64,000 nucleotides of DNA from Ostrea edulis (Eukaryota), in assembly GCF_947568905.1 (NCBI RefSeq), contig NC_079167.1, positions 92,194,001 to 92,258,000 on the forward strand. Direction: 5' to 3'. This document shows, in pieces, positions 32,901 to 44,100 of the stretch; within the stretch, counting starts at the first letter, position 1, and each line of letters starts with the position of its first letter. Under the pieces are notes generated by a model that was not told where the DNA came from, did not search any database, and was given only the letters and a program-made list of their open reading frames with translations. Position numbers and translations under genes: made by a program.

Positions 32901-35900
32901 AAATGAGATCTTGTCTCTCGCACGCCTTCTCAGCAACATCGTCTAAACCTTTAGACATGTCAACGACAAGGATGTAAAACGCCCGTGGACTGAAGAATAT
33001 GTGATGACAAGCATAGTAGGCGCTCTGACCAGCAAAGTCTAAAAGACTAAGCAATTTAAAATTCTCATTGCTCACAAAGGCAAAACATTTGCTTGAATCA
33101 ACTTCCGGTAAAGATTTTTGACTCAAATTCTCGTCGTCTTGCAATACTGTCAAGGTTTCAGTTGGAGACTCGTGTGAGATATCAGAGAGTGAATTTGTAT
33201 CTTTTGTAACTCTCTCCTGACTAGAATCAGCTTCAGCAACAAATTCATTGTTTGCGCCCATCGAAGTAATTGACATCACTTTCGTTTTCTTCTTTTGTGC
33301 TTCATGTGAAGGACCTTCCACGTTTTCATGAACAACACGCGAGTTTCTTGTACTCCTTCCTTCTTGTTGGTCTACTGTCATTGGTGTAAGGCTAAGACAT
33401 GTTGCTTCCCTCTCAGCGTCTCTGCACGCTATTAATAACAAGTAACATGATGTTAAGTGTAATATGTTGTAAAAAAGAAATTGTTCAACTGCATGGTATT
33501 TACACCGAATGGTGGTATTTCACCTTTATTTCGGCGATGAATCATAGATAGTTGCGTAAGCCAGTTTTAAGGTTTTGGAATATTCTGAAGTCAACATAGA
33601 CCCCTTTGTCGAACATTAAGAGATAATTAGCATCCCAGGGGTCGATCTTGACCGTAAACTGTACATCAAACCCTGACAAATCAAGATGAACACAGAAGAT
33701 AATCAACATGATGTTTGTTCAATTCGAGCCACGGATTTCATCGATTCTTTTAAATAGGTACGTGTGGTGACAGGAGAAAGTCGAGGGACCCTCCTATTTT
33801 AGAAGAAGACCATGTGCCACAAAATGCTCACCTGAGTCATCTTTAGCATAAAGAGCTGTATCCCTTAATTTTAGTAAATTTTAATGTATTGACTTCGCAC
33901 TTTGTACCGCAGTGAATGTTTTCAGACATAGTAGGTGACAGAGAAGACGTGTCTTCTACTTTCAAAAAGGGAGATGAAAGGAATATTAGAGGTCTATGTG
34001 CTCCATTCTAAAAAAAAATCTGTAAGAAACTTTGAGGTCAGTGGGATTAAAAAAAAAAATACCTATAATTGTTGACTCTTTTTGATCGAGCTTGAAGACA
34101 TGAGTGTGTATCTCTATTCCTTGTGTTGGTTGTGTTTCAAGATGTTTTTCTTTTTTCAGTTTTTTAACGAGGGTTGTCTTTCCTGCTTCGGCACACCCTA
34201 TCACCATCCCTCTCCCGCTGTAAACATGGATACGCCCGTCTTTCATGCTATTTACAAACTTTTGAATATTGTCTTCACTCCAAAACAGGATTTCCCTTGG
34301 TATATTCACTAAATCAAAATTTTAATTCAATACAGTGTATTTGAATTCGTTTAAAGTTTACATGATATAATGATAGATATCGTCCTTGTTTTCTAAAACA
34401 CAATAAAAACACGTACGCCTCTTCGCAATGCCATGAAATAAGGTTTTGTCCTCTGGCAAACGTTGTAAAAGAAAGTCAATCCCTAGATTATCTATTTCAG
34501 CTGCTAATTCTCCTGAAAAAATAAGATCGTGCAATACACACTTTTTCTTTGTTGTGATTTCTAAACCAAACAGCCAAATACAAAATGAAAACCATCAATT
34601 GTATGCTTTTCACAGAGGATCATTGACAACATGAATAAAAGGCAAATGACTACTGAATGCATTATTAAAGTTTATAATTAATTGTACTTCTAAAACACAA
34701 TTAGATTGGTTCATTCGACTTTATCAATATTCATTATATCGTATAAACAAAGTTGTCTTTAAATCGCGCCATATATGACATCCTAAGATTGATCTGCTTC
34801 TCAGTTTCAATTTTGTTGCTACAACAATATTGCTCCGCGTTATAAAAATCATATTTTCTATGTTGACATTTTTGAATATTGTGAAAATAATAATGAAGAG
34901 GCAATTTTACTTTCACTAGATTTTCAAAAGGGTTCGATTCTGTCGAATGGACATTTATGATAAAAACACTAGAGTGCTTTAATTTTGGTCAAGAATTCAT
35001 CAAATGGATTCAAATTCTATACAAAAATCCTGTTTTTAGACTTAAAAATAATAATTGGCTCTCAAGAAGATGTACAATGATGCGAGGCATCCGTCAAGGG
35101 TGTCCGATCTCGGCGATACTTTTTCTGTTTGTTGCTGAAATACTGTCAATTAGATTACGTCATAATGACTAAATACATGGTTTTAAAAAGAAAGGTATGA
35201 ACTGTGAAGTAAAAACATTACAACATGCTGACGATTGTACATTACCTTTGAAAGATATTACTTCTGTAAAATCAGCGATTAGTGAAATCAATACTATTAG
35301 TAAGTTCTCTGGTATGAAATTAAACCTTTCAAAAACAGAGTGCATTTTATTAGGACCACTGAAAGGTCAATATGCAGATATAGATGGTATTACAGTGAAT
35401 GACACATGTGTAAGAGTATTAGGTATACATATTGGGCATGACAAAGATTTATGTTATAAAAATAACTGGATCAAAAAGATAGATGATGTAGAAAAGCTTT
35501 TTGAATCGTGGAAAAAAAGAAAAGTAGCAATTTTTGGAAAGGTGTGTCTAATCAATAATCTTGCTATATCAAAATTTATATATACAGCATCTGTACTCGA
35601 TTATCCAAAAGATCAAACAATCAAACTTCTTGGTAATTTTTTTTTTCATTTTATTTGGAACAAAAAGGACAGAATTAAAAGAAATACGATGATTGGGAAA
35701 ATATCTAAAGGAGGTATCAATCTAGTTGATATTGATATTGAATCCAAAATAAAGTCATTAAAGGCAGCATGGGTGGAGAAGATATATTCCTCCAATACCA
35801 GTTTAAAAGATTTTTTAAATAGTTTTTGTATTGAAAGAAATATTGATATCGAATATATACTGAAAACAAATGCTACAGTTGTGAATGATTTTGAACTAAT

Positions 35901-36899
35901 TAGCAATTTCAACAATTTCTATACTGAATTATTCATATTTTTCAATTCATGTAAAAGATGCCAGGAAATCAATGATATGAAATTGTATGAAGTTCTATGT
36001 CAACCATTGTGGTGTAACAAACTTTTTCAATATAAAGGAAAATGTGTATTTTTTGAAAATTGGATACAAAGTGGTTTAAGATATGTGGTTGATATTGTTG
36101 ATGAAAATGGTATTAAACCCATTGAATGGTTTTAGGATAATCTTAAGAGAAAAAGAAATAATTTACGCGAATACAAAATCATGAGTAATATTTTTAGAAA
36201 GCTAAGAAATTTGAATTTTCAAGATTTACCCTATCAAAACCTGTGCTTGAAACTCATCTTTGAAATTACATCAATGAAAAAACCTCTTGAAATCACTGAT
36301 ATTTCATCGAAAAAGATGTATACCATTTTTGTTCAAAGGAAATTTCATACCCCCCTGTATCAATCCTACTATAGCAGAACTTTAAGTATTAATAAACCCT
36401 CCTGGAGTCTCATTTACAAAAACAAAATCGTAGATATGTATGAAAAAAAGGTAGCAGAATTTAAATTTAAACTTCTCAATAATCTTCTATGTAACAAATC
36501 TTTTCTCATGAAAATAAAGAAAACCGAATCAAACATGTGTGAATTTTGTAAAGAAAATGTTGAAGACAATGAACACTTGATTTATTTTTGTGAAAATGTA
36601 AAGCAAATATGGGAAATAACGTCAAAGGTTGTCAAATTTGACATCAAATGGAAACACATTCTTATTGGATTTTATTTTGAAAACAACCACAGAATTGTCA
36701 TTTTGAATAACGTAATTTCTACTATAACAACTGTTATTTACAAATACAAGATGTACTGTAGAATCAAAGAAATTGAAGAAAGTACCGAAAATATATACAT
36801 GCATGTTAAAGCTTCTTTAAAGATGTACTCTCATGTATACAAAAAGCTACATATAGATTTCAATGATATGTTTGAAAAAATTTGTAATATATTGTGATG

Positions 36900-36942
<43 letters not shown>

Positions 36943-38075
36943 ATAATGTTTTCTTGTTATCAAGACATGCGCCCGAATGTCTAGAACATTGTAAGGGCAC
37001 TTTGAAGTATGAATAAACTTCGCTAATTCTTAAAAAAAAAAAAAAAATTCTATGTCATTTTGTTTATCAAATTACATCAAAACAACTTTCCTAACTTAAA
37101 TTAAAAGGAATGAAAATAATGTATACTCCTTTTATACGATAAAATGTAAGTTGAGACAGTTTGCACTAGTTTATATACCGGTTCGCGGTTTATAATGCGT
37201 AAACTGTCCCAACTTACTTTTAGATCATATAAAAATTATTTGATTCTTTAAATAGTGTAATTTAGATTACAAGATTGAAGTCACTTTGTGATTTGATATT
37301 GGATATGTGATTTAGATAGTACATACCCTGTAGATCCAGAAGAGGGTTGTCTTCATCATGCATTGGTGCAGTATCTGTATATCGAATTTACATAAAAACA
37401 CAAATATATACTCCAAATTAAGAAAGGTAAGGTGACAGTGAGATGATATCAAAACTTGTCTAAAGATTTGAAATATACAGATGAAGTACCGTATATCGAG
37501 TAATTTTCGCGCCTTGGAAATATTGGCTATTTTGGTGGATGATGAGATCGCCAAAAATGAGAGTCATAATTTCTATTCATGATAATTATACATTTGCTAA
37601 ATGAAAATACGGCAAAAATGGATTGTTAATATTTGAGATTTTACATATGGTAATTATATTTGACAAATTATACCTTTCTGCCGTTGCCGTTTCTTCCACA
37701 GAAGGTAAAAGATGAGTAATCCTATTCCAATACATATTGCCACCATAACTGGAACAATTATTGCTATCGTTTGATCGTTCTTTGTATTGGGTGGATTCGA
37801 TTGAGTTTCATTATATGATGCAGTGACTGTGTAACTATCATCGGCTCTGTTGTAAAAAGAGAAAACTAAACATAATTATCTATATTACAAATCTATAGGA
37901 TGTAAAGAAAACTTATAATTTTTGTTCCAAATTGTAATAAGTGAGTTCACATAGAGTAACCTAAAATTGGATACGCACGATATGGTATTTGAAACTTAGG
38001 GGTAAAATTAATATGCATTTCATTTCCAAATAGTAATGACTGTAATGACATCTTGTGGGCACATATACATGTACA

Positions 38076-38113
<38 letters not shown>

Positions 38114-41100
38114 ACTCCACTTCTATAAAATTCGAATATATTGAAATATGTGAGCAATTTACGTCGGTCCCTTGAATTTCAAAATATCTGGAGTAGACCC
38201 CCCCCCTCTCTCTCTCTTCTTGTACATGTGCCCACAAGATGTTTTATCTTTAATATCGCGGTAGAATACATTTCATAATGAATGTTTTATTATAATATTG
38301 TACGTACAAAACAACATAATCATTATCTGCATACATATTTCTTACCTTGTAGTCGTTTTGCAAGAAGACTCCGCTAAGTAACAGTGTTGTGTGGGGTCAA
38401 TTTCCAAACACCTTGGGTCTAACAGATTAGGAAAAGCGTGTGAATTTCGAAACAGACACATGCAAGATCACACGAATGTCATTTGATATCTTTATTTTTG
38501 CTGTAATATGATTTCGCTATCTTTGATAGAGGCCAAAACTCTGAATTCGAAACTGTAGTGAAAATAACATAAATATAGCATTTTTATCTAGATTTGACAA
38601 AAGTTGTGTGAATTAAAAAATGGTGCAAGAATCGTGAAATTAAACAAGGTCAAATGAAAGCTGTAAAATAATACAAAAGGATTGTAATTAATTTACATGT
38701 TTATTAATAGTGCACTACGTGCCCAGTTTTTGGCCATTCTTTCAAAATGTATACATTTTGTATGGAAAGAAATTTCAATTATATATCTAGGTAACTAGAT
38801 TAAAAACATTGTACCAGGTGCACCAACAAGTACTTACATTTATAACTCTCGTCACTGAAATAGTCCATTTTTGGACAACCATCATCAAATGTATCACAGT
38901 TGTAGGTATTCAAAATGTTTTTGGACGGTATCAGGACCATGCAGTTGTCTGAAACATGGATGTACGCACTGGAATCATTTAAAATTTAAACACAAGAACA
39001 GAGGAGCTAAGCAACAAATTCAATGGTTTTACGTTCCCGTTTAAGCGTGCACTTCGTGACCAGAGCTGCCCGAGCATGCCGTGACCGTATGTCCAACCTA
39101 CGGGGTAAAATTTAGCAGTGAATGCTTCTTTGCCAAAGTTCGGCGTTTAGAAGTAAGAGTTACAGATATTTAGGATGAGACCATCCTCGTGTGTCGCAGC
39201 AGGCGTTGGGGCGTTAAAGAACCCTCACTACTACGGTCTGAACGCCATGTATAGCAGGTCCAGTCCAAAGACTATTTCTACCTATGTAGCTACTTATAGC
39301 TACGTAGGTATTTAAACCTACTCCATGCAGGTAGCTATTTTTACCTACTTTTTCCTTTACTTGCATTTCATGGCCAAACACAGGAACGGCGCAATATGGT
39401 GTGTACCAAATTTCTTGATTCACTTACACTGACGATGAATACCACAAAAATATTGGACAAAAATGATTATTTTCTAACCTTTCAAATTTGCAGATCAATA
39501 ACAGCACCTAGTTCCATTTTCTAGGAGCTTGGATCAAAGCTACGTGATAAAAAGTGTAGAATGTTTTACAAATCTGTATTAATTCTAAAGTTTACCTTCA
39601 TGTATTTTTACATTAAAAGTTTTTTGGGCGAATTTTCATGCATTTCCTCTGCATTCTCCGCCCTCGTAAAGTATTCAAATTTACACTCCGAATTTTGCCG
39701 TGCACATGCACAACACAATACATAAAACGACTGACCTGTTTAAAAGATGCGCCTTAATTATTATTAATTTATATTTTCAAAAACAGATAAAAGTAGGTAG
39801 AAGTAGCTACTTTAAGTAGGTTTAAATACCCAGGTAGCTATTAATAGCTACAGAGGTAGAAATAGTCCTTGGACTGGACCTGTATAGGTCTAAATTTGTG
39901 GCACTTCATCTGATTTTGACTGCGGATAGCTCCGTTTACCTGATCAGGATATAGGATTCACGGCGGGTGTGACCGGTCAACAGGGGATGCTTACTCCTCC
40001 TAGGCACCTGATCCCACCTCTGGTGTGTCCAGGGGTCCGTGTTTACCGAACTCTCTATTCTGTATTGCTTATAGGAGTTATGAGATTGATCACTGTTCGT
40101 TATCTTCACCTTGCATCTGACGTCTCAATATGAGTGAAAATTCTCGAAGGTTCCTCGTAAATTAAAAGAATCATCCAGAAACCAAGCACTCACGAACAGA
40201 AAACTTCACCCCAATTAATATTCATCATGTTCACTAAAGTGAGGAACAGAAATGTACTATTCGAAGTTTCATTCGTGAATCTTCTCGTAATATTTTTTTC
40301 TGACTTCAGACAGAGTGTTTCTAAAACTGTGGGCTTTTCAACACTGTGTATGAAACTCTAAACAGTTGAGAATAATAACAGTAAATACAATAGTAACTAT
40401 ACCTCTCAGAACTCTCGGCCTTGTTTCACTGTAACAAAATTCCAGCAATTGCGTCAAACTATTATCTGGCAGACAGTGGTACTTGTTGATCGGGTGGGTG
40501 TCGTCATCTGTACAGTTTAGCCTGTCGGAAGCTCTTTGCCATTCGGTTTTATTTTGTGGACACGCCAGCACTTGGTACATTTTTAGTGCGGTTATCTGAA
40601 TACCAAGGAATACATAATCAAGAATTAATATAGCAATTCCAATCTATTCTGTGGCACCCTTAATTGGTTTTGACTGAATTTGAATTTTCTATCAAAGTAC
40701 ATTGTTTGATGCAGTGTGATAATCTCCTAAATTAGGAAATTAGTCCGTCAGTTTTCCAATGGAAACATTGTTCATAAAAGGATACCGAATTACAACTTTC
40801 GTAAATCTCCTCTTCAATTCTGTCGTTTCAGTTTGGGACTACTACAGTGAAGTCTGGGGTTGTCAAAACTACTATTGCATTGAAATGGTAAAGAACCGCG
40901 CATTCTGTTAACATCTGCATGGGCCCAGGCGTCTTAAGATTGTTCCACTATCCGTATTACATGGAGAATTTGGATGGAAACTCCCTAACCATAGACACTG
41001 TGTGAACGGCATACGTATTGTGTGAATATCATACGTATCTGTGTGAACGTCATACAATTCGGTGTGAACGTCATACAATTCTGTGTGAACGTCATGCGAT

Positions 41101-44100
41101 TCTGTGTGAACGTCATACGATTCTGTGTGAACGTCACACAATTCTGTGTGAACGTCATACAATTCTGTGTGAACGTCATACGATTCTGGAACCGTTTATT
41201 ATTAATGACAAAACATAATTTTTATGGGACATAAATCAATATCATGTGTCTAGCTGGACAACCAAAATGAAGTCTATATACATAAATTGATTTTGAATAT
41301 GTAAACTCTGAACACATATATTATATTACGTTGTATTCCGAGAATGAATGGTTTGTAAAGGTCGAACAGCTTCGAAATCTATATTTGTTTAAAGATATCA
41401 AAACAAGTGTTAGTAGTCAGTCTGAAAATTGTCTTTCATTGAATAGTCTGAAATGCTATTGGTCTATAACTGCACAAATTAGATGCTGCATGCTACCAGT
41501 TAGAACTGGATGACAGAATGGAGACTTGTTAACTGATGTGTTACGTATTACGTCTTCTTTTTAAATACATCTTGTAATATCCAAAATGAACGCCACTTCC
41601 TGCTACACTGTACAAAATAATCAGATCTTAGAATAGAATTGTTAACTAGCACTGGTTGTAACCCCACACTACTCAAGTCCAATTTAGATAGTATTGTTTT
41701 TCTAATTGCGAATTTTCATACATATACATATGGCTTTATAAATGTAAAGACACTCTTTATGATAACAGACAGTGATTAGTCTTAAAATTCCTATAAAAAG
41801 GCAGATACGGACCCCTGGACATACCATGCTTGGGATCCCCTGTTGATCGGTCACACTCTCCGTCAGCCCTTTATCTTGATCATGTAAACGGAGCAATCCT
41901 TGGTCAAAATCAGTAGGTAAAGAACGGCCTAATATGTTGTATAGAAAACACTAACGTGTAATTTACGGATTTGTGTTGTTGATTTTTTTTATTTGGGGGA
42001 GGGGGGGGGGGTGGTGGTGGTGGTGGTGAGTAATTGGGCGGGTGTTGTTTTACAATATCATTTACGGATTTGTGTTGCTGGTTTTATCTATTTTTTATAT
42101 TTGGGGGTGATGGTGGAGGTGGTGAGTAGTTGGGTGGGTGTTGTTTTACAGTGTAAATTACGGATTTGAGCTGTTGATTTTCTATTTTTATTTGAGGTGG
42201 TGGTGGTGGGTGTTGTTTTACAGTGTAATTTACGGATTTGAGCTGTTGATTTTCTATTTTTATTTGGGGTGGTGGTGGTGGTGAGTGTTGTTTTACAGTG
42301 TAATTTACGGATTTGAGCTGTTGATTTTCTATTTTTATTTGGACTGGTGGTGGTGGGTGTTGTTTTACAGTGTAAATTACGGATTTGAGCTGTTGATTTT
42401 CTATTTTTATTTGAGGTGGTGGTGGTGGGTGTTGTTTTACAGTGTAATTTACGGATTTGAGCTGTTGATTTTCTATTTTTATTTGGGGTGGTGGTGGTGG
42501 GTGTTGTTTCACAGTTTAATTTACGGATTTGAGCTGTTGATTTTCTATTTTTATTTGGGGTGGTGGTGGTGGGTGTTGTTTTACAGTGTAATTTACGGAT
42601 TTGAGCTGTTGATTTTCTATTTTTATTTGAGGTGGTGGTGGTGGGTGTTGTTTTACAGTGTAATTTACGGATTTGAGCTGTTGATTTTCTATTTTTATTT
42701 GAGGTGGTGGTGGTGGGTGTTGTTTCACAGTTTAATTTACGGATTTGAGCTGTTGATTTTCTATTTTTATTTGGGGTGGTGGTGGTGGGTGTTGTTTCAC
42801 AGTTTAATTTACGGATTTGAGCTGTTGATTTTCTATTTTTATTTGGGGTGGTGGTGGTGGGTGTTGTTTTACAGTGTAATTTACGGATTTGAGCTGTTGA
42901 TTTTCTATTTTTATTTGAGGTGGTGGTGGTGGGTGTTGTTTTACAGTTTAATTTACGGATTTGAGATGTTGATTTTCTATTTTTATTTGAGGTGGTGGTG
43001 GTGGGTGTTGTTTTACAGTGTAATTTACGGATTTGAGCTGTTGATTTTCTATTTTTATTTGAGGTGGTGGTGGTGGGTGTTGTTTTACAGTGTAATTTAT
43101 GGACTTGAGCTGTTGATTTTCTATTTTTATTTGGGGTGGTGGTGGTGGGTTTTGTTTTACAGTTTAATTTACGGATTTGAGATGTTGATTTTCTATTTTT
43201 ATTTGGGGTGGTGGTGGTGGGTGTTGTTTTACAGTGACGTCTAGGTGCATAAGACAGGGTGTTTGATTTTGCAATTTTCCTTTAACAATGGTTAAACATT
43301 ACCCATTGATTGCAAACACCTTAATTAGAATATTCACTTCTCTATTGACTGATTTGAAAAAATGGCTTCATCCGTGTTGTGTACTATTACTATTTGCATC
43401 GATTTGACCTAGATTATTCTAGAGAGTTTTGTTTACTCAATGACACCTGTAACCTAGATTGTTATCATTAGTAGAAAGATGACGTAATGGTTGCATCATT
43501 GTCTTCCAAGATTGTACTAGAAAATTCATTCCTATTATAAATACATGTATGCTGAAATTCTTATGATAAAAGAAACTCTGGTTAGACACGTCTTATGATT
43601 GTTGGATTCTATTACACTGGGAACTATGATTTTGGAATTACTATTTTTAAGTGTGTAGATTCTGTTCGGATTTATTGTGTAACTGCCATAAGTTAGTATT
43701 TTGCTATTGTTACAATTAATTGTAAATAGATCTTATTGTTTAACTGTCCTTTGTTAGTAAATTCTGCTGCGCTATCTTAAGGGTTTGTTCTGACCCATAG
43801 CAATCCGATTTCCATGTATTGCAATTTAGTTATTTAATGATTTGGTTTTTTATTCAGTAATTCGGTTTTTAATCTAATAGTTTGTTTTTATTCACCAATT
43901 CTTTTCATTGAGTTATTTCGTTTTAACTTAATGGGCTTCCGTAATAAAGAGAAATTAGTTTGTACATATGTAGCTACAATATAATAAGTCATTTTTCACT
44001 GTTCAGTTGTTATGATGAATATGAAGATCTCAATGATTCTTTTTGTCAAGGCTAATAGCGCTGAGGGGATCTAAAGCAGTTTCAGATTCCCATTACATGA

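Larger units (their letters stand above)
39040..40165 (+). mobile_element. Degenerate tRNA-derived SINE (family B) split by two insertions
   Basis: Body segments match the 59074-59687 SINE (ggc.tttagaagt...gaaccctcact.ctacggtc...taggtctaaattt...gacgtctcaatatgagtgaa). Confidence 0.7.

Noticed and set aside
33986-34309. GTG start of a stand-alone small GTPase
   Set aside because: The G belongs to the AG acceptor; the segment is an internal exon of the TM-ROCO gene.
38420-38560. Longer version of the third ectodomain exon using upstream AGs
   Set aside because: All frames hit stops; the acceptor at 38419-38420 gives the only phase-compatible reading.
40908-41234. Several 7-aa-periodic ORFs
   Set aside because: By-products of the 21-bp tandem repeat.
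40998-43236. CRISPR-like arrays
   Set aside because: Eukaryotic context, contiguous repeats without unique spacers, no cas genes.
42084-43244. 319-aa W/F/Y-rich ORF and P/Q-rich antisense ORFs as proteins
   Set aside because: They are translations of the 72-bp minisatellite (24-aa period) inside an intron.
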